Shown here piece after piece: positions 28,427 to 41,200 of a DNA stretch of 64,000 nt; within the stretch, counting starts at the first letter, position 1; the number at the start of each line of letters is the position of its first letter. The stretch covers positions 1 to 64,000 of the forward strand of contig JBMNLI010000015.1 of assembly GCA_050952645.1 (NCBI GenBank), read 5' to 3'. The DNA comes from Bdellovibrionota bacterium. GTDB lineage: Bacteria > Bdellovibrionota_C > UBA2361 > CAKMMH01. The notes beneath the pieces are model-generated. The model ran no database searches. It saw only the letters and a list, made by a program, of their open reading frames with translations, and was not told where the DNA came from. The translations under genes and the position numbers were made by a program.

Positions 28427-28960
28427 GTGTCTTACTATAATATAAAAATTGCAAAAAAATATGCAAAAGTGTTATTCGATTTATCTAGCCCTGATAAACT
28501 AGATTTAAGGCGTGATAAGCTCTTTTTGTTTGTAGAGATTTTTAAAAACGCTAAGAGTGTTTTATTAAGTCCCATAGTGCAATTTAATAAAAAAATAGAA
28601 ATATTAAATTTATTATTTGAAAAATTAAATGAAGAAGATAAAGAGCTTAAAAATTTTATCAGAGTAATGCTTGATAATAAAAGATTAGGCATTTTAGAAG
28701 ATGTTTTAGCGTGCTACGATGAGATAGTAAAAGAATATAGGAAGATAGCATCTTTCGAGTTGACGGTTGCAAGAGAGTTAGACGAAAATGTAAAAGAGGA
28801 AATATCTTCAAAACTTGCGACTATCGTAAAAAATAAAGTAGATATTAAGTGGGCAGTTGAGCCTAACATTATCGGTGGAATAATAATAAAGTGTGGAGAT
28901 AAGCTTTTAGATGCTAGCATTAAGGGAGAAATTAATAACCTTGCATCGCAGATAATGTAA
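28427..28960 (+). CDS. atpH: ATP synthase delta subunit
   Basis: AKKYAKVLF; IIGGIIIKCGDKLLDASIKG. Confidence 0.93.
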   Translation: MSYYNIKIAKKYAKVLFDLSSPDKLDLRRDKLFLFVEIFKNAKSVLLSPIVQFNKKIEILNLLFEKLNEEDKELKNFIRVMLDNKRLGILEDVLACYDEIVKEYRKIASFELTVARELDENVKEEISSKLATIVKNKVDIKWAVEPNIIGGIIIKCGDKLLDASIKGEINNLASQIM

Positions 28961-29062
28961 ACATAAAAATAATTGTAGGCTAATAAAAAAATTTTAAAAG
29001 AAGTTTTTAGTTTAAAAATTTTATTATTAAAAGTTTATTTATACAAAAAAGGATAAAATGTT

Positions 29063-30604
29063 ATGCAGATAACGGCACAAGAAATTGGAAATATTCTAAA
29101 AGAGAAAATCTCTAATTATTCAAGTAATGAAGAACTTGCAGAAACTGGGGTCGTTCTTTCGGTAGGGGATGGAATTTGTAAAGTATATGGTCTTAGAAAT
29201 GTAGTAATGGGAGAACTCGTAGAGTTTCCAAATTCTGTAAAAGGTTTAGCTATTAATCTTGAGCAAGATAGCGTCGGTATTATACTAATGGGAGAGCAAA
29301 CGGCTGTAAAAGAGGGGGATATCGTTAGAAGGAGTGGAATTATCGCTTCTGTTCCCGTAGGAGATGCTTTAAAAGGACGAGTTATTGATGCTCTTGGAAA
29401 TCCTATCGATGGGCTTGGTGATATTGAAACTACGGAAACGAGAAGAATAGAAATTAAAGCCCCTGGCATAGTAAAAAGAAAATCCGTTCACGAGCCTCTT
29501 CAAACTGGGTTAAAAGCCATAGATGCAATGACCCCTATCGGGCGAGGGCAGCGTGAACTTATAATAGGCGATAAAAAAACTGGCAAAACGGCAGTGGCGT
29601 TAGATACTATTATAAATCAAAAAGGAACGGGAGTAGTTTGCATATACGTTGCAATTGGGCAAAAAAGATCATCGGTAGCACAAGTCGTTGCAAATTTAAA
29701 AGAGCATGGCGCTATGGAACACACTATAGTAGTTGCTGCTACGGCATCTGAGCCAGCACCTTATTCGTATTTTGCACCATTTGCAGGTTGTGCAATCGGT
29801 GAATACTTTATGGATAAAGGAGAGCATGCGCTTATCGTTTACGATGATTTATCTAAGCACGCCATAGCTTATAGAGCTATTTCGCTATTGCTTAGAAGAC
29901 CGCCAGGACGTGAAGCATTCCCAGGGGATGTGTTTTATTTACATTCAAGGCTCTTAGAGAGAGCTTCAAAATTAAGTGATGATATGGGAGCAGGCTCCCT
30001 TACGGCACTTCCAATAATAGAAACTCAAGAAGGGGATGTATCGGCTTATATTCCTACGAACGTTATTTCTATTACTGATGGTCAAATATACTTAGAGACC
30101 GATTTATTTAACTCAGGTGTTAGACCTGCTGTGAATGTAGGGCTTTCAGTGTCGAGAGTAGGGGGAGCCGCGCAAGTTAGTGGAATGAAGAAAGTTGCAG
30201 GAACTTTGAGGCTTGATTTAGCTCAATTTAGAGAAAAACAAGCCTTCGCTCAGTTTGGCTCAGACCTTGATGCTACTACTAAAGCACAGCTTGAAAGAGG
30301 GCAGAGGTTAGTTGAGATTTTAAAACAACCTCAATATAAGCCGATGCCGGTAGAGTACCAAATCATTTCAATTTATGCGGTAAGTAGTGGTTTTGCAGAT
30401 GATATAGCACTAAATGAGATTAGTGCATTTGAAAAGGCTCTCCATGAATATTTAAGTTCATCTTGCAAAAATTTCATAAAGGTTTTTGCAAAAAATCCTG
30501 TTATTTCAGATGATATAAAGGGAGAGCTAGATGAAATTATATCGAAAGTAGCGAGTGATTTTAAAGTTGCTACTAGTGATGAAACTAGTAAGAGTGTTGC
30601 ATGA
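29063..30604 (+). CDS. atpA: ATP synthase alpha subunit
   Basis: [40 protein letters not shown]. Confidence 0.99.
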   Translation: MQITAQEIGNILKEKISNYSSNEELAETGVVLSVGDGICKVYGLRNVVMGELVEFPNSVKGLAINLEQDSVGIILMGEQTAVKEGDIVRRSGIIASVPVGDALKGRVIDALGNPIDGLGDIETTETRRIEIKAPGIVKRKSVHEPLQTGLKAIDAMTPIGRGQRELIIGDKKTGKTAVALDTIINQKGTGVVCIYVAIGQKRSSVAQVVANLKEHGAMEHTIVVAATASEPAPYSYFAPFAGCAIGEYFMDKGEHALIVYDDLSKHAIAYRAISLLLRRPPGREAFPGDVFYLHSRLLERASKLSDDMGAGSLTALPIIETQEGDVSAYIPTNVISITDGQIYLETDLFNSGVRPAVNVGLSVSRVGGAAQVSGMKKVAGTLRLDLAQFREKQAFAQFGSDLDATTKAQLERGQRLVEILKQPQYKPMPVEYQIISIYAVSSGFADDIALNEISAFEKALHEYLSSSCKNFIKVFAKNPVISDDIKGELDEIISKVASDFKVATSDETSKSVA

Positions 30605-30728
30605 TAGTGATATGAGTGATACATGCTAATGACTAAAATATTATTAGTGGAATATTATTAGTAGAAATAATATTAGCAGAATAATATTTTAGTAGTAAGC
30701 AGTAAATTTTACGTTGGTTATATAAAAA

Positions 30729-31613
30729 ATGGCTGGATTAAAAGAGATTAAAAGAAGATTAAAATCTGTTCAAAATACTAAAAAAATTACTTATGCTATG
30801 AAGTTAGTAGCGGCTGCGAAACTACAAAAAGTGCAAGAGAAAGTTTGTGCTCTTCAGAGGTATTCTAAGGTTTTATCACAAATATTTACCGAAACTATTT
30901 TAGCGTTTGAAGATAAGAAAATAGATTTAAAATTACTAGAGAAAAGGGAAACGATAAAAAACATTCGTCTTATAATTATCGGAGGCTCAAGAGGGCTTTG
31001 TGCTGGATTTAATACGAACTTAAATAAAAAAATATCAGAGGTTTTAGCAAGTTTAAAAAAAAATTATCCTAGTGCTAATATAGAAATTTATATCCTAGGT
31101 AAAAAAGTTGTAGAGTTTTTCAGAAGAGAGAAAAAAACTTTTAGCAAAGTGTATGATAATTTAAGTGATAATGTTTTTGATTGGCCGGTAGAAGAAATTT
31201 TAAAAGAAATGGAGGAGGATTTCTTAGATAATAAGGTAGATAAAGTTTTTGTGCTTTATACGAAATTTTATTCTGCATTATCAGTTATGCCAACGCTCGA
31301 AGAGGTTTTGCCAGTAAAGCAAGAAGAAATGATGATTGATGCTACGACCGATGCGGCACTAAAAATTTTTGAGCCTACTAAAGAAAAACTTTTAGAAAGC
31401 TTGCTTCCAAAGTTTTTAAAAGTAAAATTTTTACAAATAGCACTAAACTCAAATGCTAGTGAAAATGGTAGTAGAATGACCGCCATGGACTCGGCAACGA
31501 ATAATGCGAGTGATTTAATAGATAGGTTGCAGCTCGATTTTAACAAGTTAAGGCAATCGGCAATTACATCTGAGCTTTTAGATATTATTGGTGGTGCTGA
31601 GGCTTTGAAATAA
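30729..31613 (+). CDS. atpG: ATP synthase gamma subunit
   Basis: KITYAMKLVAAAK; RGLCAGFN; SRMTAMDSAT.NA; RQSAITSEL. Confidence 0.98.
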   Translation: MAGLKEIKRRLKSVQNTKKITYAMKLVAAAKLQKVQEKVCALQRYSKVLSQIFTETILAFEDKKIDLKLLEKRETIKNIRLIIIGGSRGLCAGFNTNLNKKISEVLASLKKNYPSANIEIYILGKKVVEFFRREKKTFSKVYDNLSDNVFDWPVEEILKEMEEDFLDNKVDKVFVLYTKFYSALSVMPTLEEVLPVKQEEMMIDATTDAALKIFEPTKEKLLESLLPKFLKVKFLQIALNSNASENGSRMTAMDSATNNASDLIDRLQLDFNKLRQSAITSELLDIIGGAEALK

Positions 31614-31701
31614 AATTAAAAAAATAAAATTAAAGAAATAAATTTTAAAAATAGAGTGTAATGTATATTTAAGGAAATATTTATATTTAAGGAAATATTA
31701 A

Positions 31702-33150
<1,449 letters not shown>

Positions 33151-33244
33151 GTGGGGATTTAGAGCTACTTTCAAGTGTGAAGAACTAAAATAAAGTATAA
33201 AACAATGCGTAGCGTGTAAAACATATAGGAAAAATTAAGGAAAT

Positions 33245-33499
33245 ATGCAAGATTTTATAAATTTAAAAATCATATCGACTGATGAATTGATAGAGGACAC
33301 AAAGGTAAATTATGTTTTTATTCCCGACCCTGCAGGAGGAATTAAGATGTATCCTAAGCATTGTAATTATACTGGTATTATTTCCGAGGGAACGCTTTAT
33401 TACCAAAAAAAAGATAGTGAAGATATAGATAAACTTTTAATTAAAGGTGGAGTTTGCTCGTTTATAGAGAATAAATTGGAAGTTTTAGTAGATTTGTAA
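33245..33499 (+). CDS. atpC: ATP synthase epsilon subunit, N-terminal beta-sandwich only
   Basis: Follows atpD; G.I.MYPKH..IKGG; 84 aa without C-terminal helices. Confidence 0.8.
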   Translation: MQDFINLKIISTDELIEDTKVNYVFIPDPAGGIKMYPKHCNYTGIISEGTLYYQKKDSEDIDKLLIKGGVCSFIENKLEVLVDL

Positions 33500-33868
33500 G
33501 TTTTGCTCAATCCTTTCTTAATGCTTTTTTGGATGCTTTCTTTGATGATTTAAATTACTTTAATTATTTAAATTATTTATTATCAAAATTTAAGTTATTA
33601 TTATCTCTAAAACTAAAACGCCGTTTGTTTTACTTCTTAAAAGTATTTATTTTTTTTCATCTTTATGAAACTTATATAATTTAATAACATCTTTTTATAT
33701 AGACGAAAAAAAAGCTAAAGAAATGACTAATGAAATGTCGTTACTATTAGTTGTGAAAGAGTTGTAAAAGATAGTTGTAAATAAGGTTTCTATCTTACAT
33801 TTTTTTAAATTTTAGTTTAAAAATTTAAGGTTGTTTTATATTTATATATATACAAAAGGTGTTTTCAT

Positions 33869-36800
33869 ATGAAAAAAATAAATAAAGTGTCTAATATATT
33901 CCTACTATTTTTATTTTCAATAAGTTTTATAGGGGCAAACGTAGCTAGCGCTACTATGACGGATAATCAAGCTAAGCGTGTTGAAAATTTTGGGAGAAGT
34001 GATTTAGGTAGCATGTATTTATTCTATGCGCTAGAGAAAGCGCTGGCCGATAATGGCATTGCAACCGATTTAAAGTGTAAGTATAGTTCGCACCCTAATA
34101 AAGTTCCTGAGGTCGCATATACTGCTTTTGGATTAGATATAAACAATGCTAACGATAAAGCTTCGTTAGAAGCACTTCTTAATAACTCTACTTTTCCTTA
34201 TTGTTCTTCAGAGTTTACTAGAAATATGTATGTAGGTAAAAGTGTAGCGGCTAATGATGAGACGGCAGATGAGTTTTGTAAAGCTATGGGCTACGAAGCG
34301 TATATCGCAGGTTCTGGGCAAACATCTAAATATAGCTCTTATGGTAGTGAGTTAGTAGTGTCTTATGATACAAAAAGTGGTAACTGGAAACGTGCTACTA
34401 ATGGAACTCACTATATTACTTTAACGTGCGGAACTACAAAATGCATGAAAGATGATGATTGCAAAGAGAGTCAATATTGCGCACCAAATGGCACTTGCGT
34501 TTCTTTTAGTAATGATTATTTAGCTGAATGTAATAATGGTAAAGATGATGATGGTGATGGGAAAATAGATGATAAAGACCCAGAGTGTAAAGGTTTCGTA
34601 GGTGGCACTGGGTATATAGATACGATATTGATGAATGAAACACAGGGGCAATATAAAGCATCTTGTGAAACTTACACGATGCCTAAAGATGGTGAAATTT
34701 TAATAAATTTAAAAGATGATGATGTAGCGGTTATAGTAAAAAGAAAAGATGATAATAAAACTGTGATTTTAGCTAAAAGCAACGATCCTTTTCCTTTTGG
34801 AAGTTGCGCAGTGTCTACTCCAATAAATCAAGCAGATGCAAATAATAAAACTAATAAAAGAAATGGTAGTTTAGGTCAAAACGATGCAATTTTTTACGGT
34901 AGAGATGGAAAACTAGTAGCATATTTTCAAGCAGACGGGCATCGCACAGTTCCAGATAAAGCATGGAGTCCTAAGTATGAAGACAGGAAATTAAGAACTG
35001 TAAGTCTTAAGGCTGGTGATGTTGTTTATCTAGCTACAAGGTCTGATAAAACTGCTAACTCAAGAAATCCTAACACCATAGTAAGATTTCAAGAACCACG
35101 TAATTTTAGAGAATCGGTTTGCGATGTAAACTATGGCGATACTACTTCTGGTAAAAGAGTATGCTCAACGCTTGCTAAGCCAGTATGCTCAAAGGGAAGT
35201 TGTGTAGCGTGCCCAGCAAGTCAAGTTTACAACAAGACTCTAAAAGCATGTGTTGAATGTATAAGTGATACCGATTGTAAATCTGGTCAAGCTTGCCAAA
35301 ACAATAAGTGTCTAGATAAATACACTTGTTCAAAAAATACTACTACGGGTAAAGTGGTAGTTAATAAAAATGGAGTAGAGTTAACTACTAAATTAGATAA
35401 GTGTGAAGGCAATAAGCAATACGTGTATACTTGCCCATCGACAACTTCGGTAGGCACTGAGATAGTAGTAAAAGAGACTATTACCAACTGTAAGTATGGT
35501 TGCGATACTAAAACTAAAAAATGCTATGACACAGAGTGTGACGCAAACTACGGTGATACCACTTCGGGCAAAAAAGCTTGTAAAACGATTGCTAAACCAG
35601 TATGTAGCGATGGAAGCTGCGTAGGTTGTCCTAATAGCGAAGTTTATAGCGAAGATAAAAAATCTTGCGTAGCTTGCGTAGTAGATGGCGATTGCGCAAA
35701 GGGGCAAGTGTGCCAAAACAATAAGTGCTTAAATAAATACACTTGTTCAAAAAATACTACTACGGGTAAAGTGATAGTTAATAAAAATGGAGTAGAGTTA
35801 ACTACTAAATTAGATAAGTGTGAAGGCAATAAGCAATACGTGTATACTTGCCCATCGACAACTTCGGTAGGCACTGAGATAGTAGTAAAAGAGACTATTA
35901 CCAACTGTAAGTATGGTTGCGATACTAAAACTAAAAAATGCTATGACACAGAGTGTGACGCAAACTACGGTGATACCACTTCGGGCAAAAAAGCTTGTAA
36001 AACGATTGCTAAACCAGTATGTAGCGATGGAAGCTGCGTAGGTTGTCCTAATAGCGAAGTTTATAGCGAAGATAAAAAATCTTGCGTAGCTTGCGTAGTA
36101 GATGGCGATTGCGCAAAGGGGCAAGTGTGTCAAGACAATAAGTGCTTAGATAAATACACTTGTTCAAAAAATACTACTACGGGTAAAGTGATAGTTAATA
36201 AAAATGGAGTAGAGTTAACTACTAAATTAGATAAGTGTGAAGGCAATAAGCAATACGTGTATACTTGCCCATCGACAACTTCGGTAGGCACTGAGATAGT
36301 AGTAAAAGAGACTATTACCAACTGTAAGTATGGTTGCGATACTAAAACTAAAAAATGCTATGACACAGAGTGTGACGCAAACTACGGTGATACCACTTCG
36401 GGCAAAAAAGCTTGTAAAACGATTGATAAACCAGTATGTAGCGATGGAAGCTGCGTAGGTTGTCCTAATAGCGAAGTTTATAGTGAAGATAAAAAATCTT
36501 GCGTAGCTTGTGTAGAAGATAGTGATTGTGAAGCAGGGCAAGTGTGTCAAGATAATAAGTGTTTAGATGAATATACTTGTGCTAAAGATGATACAGGCAA
36601 AGTGGTAGTTAAGAAAAATGGTGTAGAAATAACGGCTAAATCGAAAACAGATAAGTGTGAAAATGATAAGCAATATGAATACACTTGCTCAGCTACTACT
36701 TTAGTAGGCACTGAGATAACCGTAAAAGAAACTATTACTAATTGTGAACATGGCTGTAATAGTGAAACTAAAAAATGCAATGATGCTGAGTGTGATGTAA

Positions 36801-38020
36801 ATTACGGAGATACTACTGAAGGGAAAAAAGCTTGCTCAGAAGATAAACCAATATGTGAAAATGGAAGTTGCAAAAGCTGTCCAAACAATGAAATATACAA
36901 CATAAGCCAAATGAAATGTGTAGAGTGTAATGTAGATACGGATTGTAAAGACGGCTTGGTTTGCGATAAGGATAATAATAAGTGCGTAGATAAGCAAAAA
37001 GCAGTGATACCACTATTTAATTGTATAATCGATAATTTAGATGGAACCTACACGGCATATTTTGGTTATGAAAACCCTAATGCTGAGGTAATAAATGTTC
37101 AAGCTTGTTCAAATAAGCAAGGAGCTAAGAATATTATAAATAACACTACGACTTATTGTGAGCAACCTAGCGAGTTTGAGGTAGGAACTGTAAAGGGAGC
37201 TTTCTACGTTCCGTTTAGCCAAGGACAAACAGTATCGTGGACTTTACAAAATAATAGCGAGGCTGAAAAAACGGTTTCTGCAACTAGTGCATCTGTAAGA
37301 TGTGCACCGTTAGAGCCTTATGCTCAATGTATAGATAGAAATAAAGATGGCTCATATAAGGCACATTTTGGGTATACTAATAGAAATGGCTTTGAGGTTG
37401 AAATTCCAAATGGTTCTGCTAACAATTTATCGACTAATGAAAATGTTCAGCCTGAGCATTTTGTTGCAGGAAAAATAGATAACGCTTTAAGTATAGATTT
37501 TACAGAAAGTGCTACTTGGAATTTAGATGGAAACAAAGCTACTGCTACTAAGAAGACTAAACCTTGTATAGAGGTAAACTGCACTGAGACTTCAATAGTT
37601 CAAGCTAAGAAATCACTACATGGAGATGAGTTTGTAGAGATGCTTGAAGCTGAAACGGAAAGCTTACTTGAAGAATTAAATCCATTTCCTCAAATAAGAG
37701 ATATCGAAGCTTCGGCAGATAGAAGAATAAACAGAGCTGAGAAAAATAACGATACGATTAAAAAACTTGTCCTTAAGCTTCCAGATGTAATGTTTAATTG
37801 TGATAACGCAGATTTCTGTCCGCTTTACGATAATCAAGGAACATTAAACTTGATTGAAAGAAAGTTAAGAAAACTTCGTAGACAAGTTGGAAGAACGATA
37901 AGACAAAGAAACATCGATGAGAAAACCAGAACTAGACTTCTTAATATCAATGCCCAAATCTTGGCAGGAAAGATAAGCGCACTTAATTCGATCCCAAGAT
38001 TTGCTAATGATTGTGATTAA
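33869..38020 (+). CDS. Large secreted Cys-rich repeat protein A
   Basis: Signal peptide; CNNGKDDDGDGKIDDKDPEC putative metal-binding motif; 139-aa Cys repeats; two YxAxFGYxN modules; basic helical C-terminus. Confidence 0.85.
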   Translation: MKKINKVSNIFLLFLFSISFIGANVASATMTDNQAKRVENFGRSDLGSMYLFYALEKALADNGIATDLKCKYSSHPNKVPEVAYTAFGLDINNANDKASLEALLNNSTFPYCSSEFTRNMYVGKSVAANDETADEFCKAMGYEAYIAGSGQTSKYSSYGSELVVSYDTKSGNWKRATNGTHYITLTCGTTKCMKDDDCKESQYCAPNGTCVSFSNDYLAECNNGKDDDGDGKIDDKDPECKGFVGGTGYIDTILMNETQGQYKASCETYTMPKDGEILINLKDDDVAVIVKRKDDNKTVILAKSNDPFPFGSCAVSTPINQADANNKTNKRNGSLGQNDAIFYGRDGKLVAYFQADGHRTVPDKAWSPKYEDRKLRTVSLKAGDVVYLATRSDKTANSRNPNTIVRFQEPRNFRESVCDVNYGDTTSGKRVCSTLAKPVCSKGSCVACPASQVYNKTLKACVECISDTDCKSGQACQNNKCLDKYTCSKNTTTGKVVVNKNGVELTTKLDKCEGNKQYVYTCPSTTSVGTEIVVKETITNCKYGCDTKTKKCYDTECDANYGDTTSGKKACKTIAKPVCSDGSCVGCPNSEVYSEDKKSCVACVVDGDCAKGQVCQNNKCLNKYTCSKNTTTGKVIVNKNGVELTTKLDKCEGNKQYVYTCPSTTSVGTEIVVKETITNCKYGCDTKTKKCYDTECDANYGDTTSGKKACKTIAKPVCSDGSCVGCPNSEVYSEDKKSCVACVVDGDCAKGQVCQDNKCLDKYTCSKNTTTGKVIVNKNGVELTTKLDKCEGNKQYVYTCPSTTSVGTEIVVKETITNCKYGCDTKTKKCYDTECDANYGDTTSGKKACKTIDKPVCSDGSCVGCPNSEVYSEDKKSCVACVEDSDCEAGQVCQDNKCLDEYTCAKDDTGKVVVKKNGVEITAKSKTDKCENDKQYEYTCSATTLVGTEITVKETITNCEHGCNSETKKCNDAECDVNYGDTTEGKKACSEDKPICENGSCKSCPNNEIYNISQMKCVECNVDTDCKDGLVCDKDNNKCVDKQKAVIPLFNCIIDNLDGTYTAYFGYENPNAEVINVQACSNKQGAKNIINNTTTYCEQPSEFEVGTVKGAFYVPFSQGQTVSWTLQNNSEAEKTVSATSASVRCAPLEPYAQCIDRNKDGSYKAHFGYTNRNGFEVEIPNGSANNLSTNENVQPEHFVAGKIDNALSIDFTESATWNLDGNKATATKKTKPCIEVNCTETSIVQAKKSLHGDEFVEMLEAETESLLEELNPFPQIRDIEASADRRINRAEKNNDTIKKLVLKLPDVMFNCDNADFCPLYDNQGTLNLIERKLRKLRRQVGRTIRQRNIDEKTRTRLLNINAQILAGKISALNSIPRFANDCD
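35287..36570 (+). repeat. About three near-identical 417-bp tandem repeats in protein A
   Basis: Near-identical antisense ORFs at 35393, 35810 and 36227 (offset 417 bp); degenerate partial copies on both sides. Confidence 0.9.
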
Positions 38021-38067
38021 ATAATATTATAATTAGAAATCGAAAAGAAGTTTAGAAAAATTAAAAG

Positions 38068-38124
38068 AGACTAGCTTGCTTAAAGTTTTTAGATTAGACT
38101 TTTTAAGTGGCTAGTCTTTTTTTT
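38068..38124 (+). terminator. Probable intrinsic terminator after protein A
   Basis: agactagc...gctagtct stem followed by a T-run. Confidence 0.6.
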
Positions 38125-38257
38125 ATTTATTTATTATTTATTGCTTAGTTTTGTTTTTTTTAAAATAAACATCTATCGTTATTAGTAAAATTTCTGGTAA
38201 AATAAGCCTTGTGAAATAAGATTTCTTTTTTGAGCATTTTATTAAGGTTTATTTTAT

Positions 38258-41200
38258 ATGAAAAAAATAAATAAAGTATCTAATATATTCTTATTATTTT
38301 TAGTTGCAATAAGTTTTTTAAGAGTAAATGTAGCTAATGCAACGATGTCTACATCCGAAGCTAAACACACCGAAAGTTTCGGAAAAAGCGATTTAGGTAG
38401 CATGTATTTATTCTACACGCTAGAGAAAGCGCTTATAGATAAAGGCATTGCAACCGATTTAAAGTGTAAGTATAGTTCTCACCCTAACAAAGTTCCTGAG
38501 GTCGCATATACTGCTTTTGGATTAGATATAAATAATGCTAATGATAAAGCTTCGTTAGAAGCACTTCTTAATAACTCTACTTTTCCTTATTGTTCTTCAG
38601 AGTTTATTAGAAATATGTATGTAGGTAGAAGTGTAGCGGCTAATGATGAGACGGCAGATGAGTTTTGTAAAGCTATGGGCTACGAAGCGTATATCGTAGG
38701 TTCTGGGCAAACATCTAAATATAGCTCATACGGTAGCGAGTTAGTGGTCTCTTTCAATGTTAATAATTCTAAATGGGAATTACTTCCTAAAGCTAAAGAT
38801 AACAAAGGGACTCATTATATTACCTTAACGTGCGGAACTACAAAATGTATGGAAGATGATGATTGTGAAGGAGGACAAGTATGTAAGCAAGGTGAGTGTT
38901 TAGATGTATACACTTGTTTAAAAGATAAGGCTGGCAGGGTAGTCGTTAGCAAGAATGGTGTAGAGCTTACAAAAGAGGTAAAAACCGATAAGTGTGAAAA
39001 CAATGAACTATACATATATAGTTGTGTAGTAGATAGACTAATAGGCTCAAAGATAGTAATAAGTGAAGAAAAGACCGTTTGCGAGTATGGTTGCGATAAC
39101 AAGACTACGCAATGCTATGCTACAGAGTGTGATGTAAATTATGGTGATACTACGGCAGGTAAAAGGGCGTGTCCTACAATAAGTAGACCCATATGTAATT
39201 GCGATATCGGTCAGTGTAAAGCATGCTCAAATAATGAAATATATAATGAAGCTAAATTAAAATGTGTAGAGTGTAATAAAGATGCAGACTGTAAAAATTC
39301 TGCTAAACCATTTTGTAATTTAAATTTATGTCAAGCTACTTGTAAAACGGATGCACAGTGTAAGGCTAAAAATTTAAGCAGGCAAGTTTGTAATAATGGA
39401 GTTTGCGTAGAGTGCGTTGCCGATAGCGATTGCCAAGGAGGGAAAGTTTGTAAAAATAATAGTTGCTTAGATAAATATACTTGCGTAAAAGATAAAACGG
39501 GTAAAGTGTCTGTTTATAAAAACGGTGTAGAGTTAGAAACGGAAGCAAAAAAGGATAAGTGCGTAGACGATGCACTCTTTATATATAATTGCTCTGCTAC
39601 TACTTTAGTAGGTTCAAAGATAGTTGTAAATGAAGAAAAGACAGTTTGCGAGTATGGTTGCGATACTGAAACTAAAGAATGTTATAAAACCGAATGCGAT
39701 GCAAACTATGGGGATAATGTAGTAGGGAAAAGAGCTTGCAAAGTGCTTTCATCTCCAGTTTGCGAAAATGGAAATTGTGTAGCGTGTCCTAATAGTAAAG
39801 TTTATAACTCTGCTAAAAAATCTTGCGTCGAGTGTAATACGAATGCGAATTGTAAAGAAGAAGCAAGGCCTATATGCTTAAGCGATAATACTTGTGGTTG
39901 CAGTGTAAACGATGATTGCCCTTCGGCTAGGCCAGTTTGCGAAAATAAAAATTGCGTAGCGTGTCCTAGTAGTAAAGTTTATAACTCTGCTAAAAAATCT
40001 TGTGTCGAGTGTAATACGAATGCGAATTGTAAAGAAGAAGCAAGGCCTATATGTTTAAGCGATAACACTTGTGGTTGTAATGTAAACGATGATTGCCCTG
40101 TAGATAATCCTTTTTGTAATACCGCTATACATCAATGTACTAATAAATGCGTTAAAAATGTAGATTGTAAAAATAAAGATTTAAGCAAACCAGTTTGCGA
40201 TAATGGAGTTTGCGTAGAGTGCGTTGCCGATAGCGATTGCCAAGGAGAGAAAGTTTGCAAAAATAATAGTTGCTTAGATAAATATACTTGCGCAAAAGAT
40301 GATGCAGGTAAAGTGTCTGTTTATAAAAATGGTGTAGAGTTAGAAACGGAAGCAAAAAAGGATAAGTGCGTAGACGATGCACTCTTTATATATAATTGCT
40401 CTGCTACTACTTTAGTAGGTTCAAAGATAGTTGTAAATGAAGAAAAGACAGTTTGCGAGTATGGTTGCGATACTGAAACTAAAGAATGTTATAAAACCGA
40501 ATGCGATGCAAACTATGGGGATAATGTAGTAGGGAAAAGAGCTTGCAAAGTGCTTTCATCTCCAGTTTGCGAAAATGGAAATTGTGTAGCGTGTCCTAAT
40601 AGTAAAGTTTATAACTCTGCTAAAAAATCTTGCGTCGAGTGTAATACGAATGCGAATTGTAAAGAAGAAGCAAGGCCTATATGTTTAAGCGATAATACTT
40701 GTGGTTGCAGTGTAAACGATGATTGCCCTGTAGCTAATCCAGTTTGCGAAAATGGGAGTTGTGTAGCGTGCCCTAATAGTAAGGTTTATAACTCTGCTAA
40801 AAAATCTTGTGTCGAGTGTAATACGAATGCGAATTGTAAAGAAGAAGCAAGGCCTATATGTTTAAGCGATAACACTTGTGGTTGCAGTGTAAACGATGAT
40901 TGCCATGCAGATAATCCTTTTTGTAATACCGCTATACATCAATGTACTAATAAATGCGTTAAAAATGTAGATTGTAAAAATAAAGATTTAAGCAAACCAG
41001 TTTGCGATAATGGAGTTTGCGTAGAGTGCGTTGCCGATAGCGATTGCCAAGGAGAGAAAGTTTGCAAAAATAATAGTTGCTTAGATAAATATACTTGCGC
41101 AAAAGATGATGCAGGTAAAGTGTCTGTTTATAAAAACGGCTTGGAGATAACGGTAAAATTAGATAAGTGTGAAAACGATAAGCAATACGTATATAGCTGT

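Noticed and set aside
35287..36780. Repeated antisense ORFs within protein A, and similar short antisense ORFs across the window
   Set aside because: They are shadows of the sense-strand genes and repeats, with no RBS or motifs.
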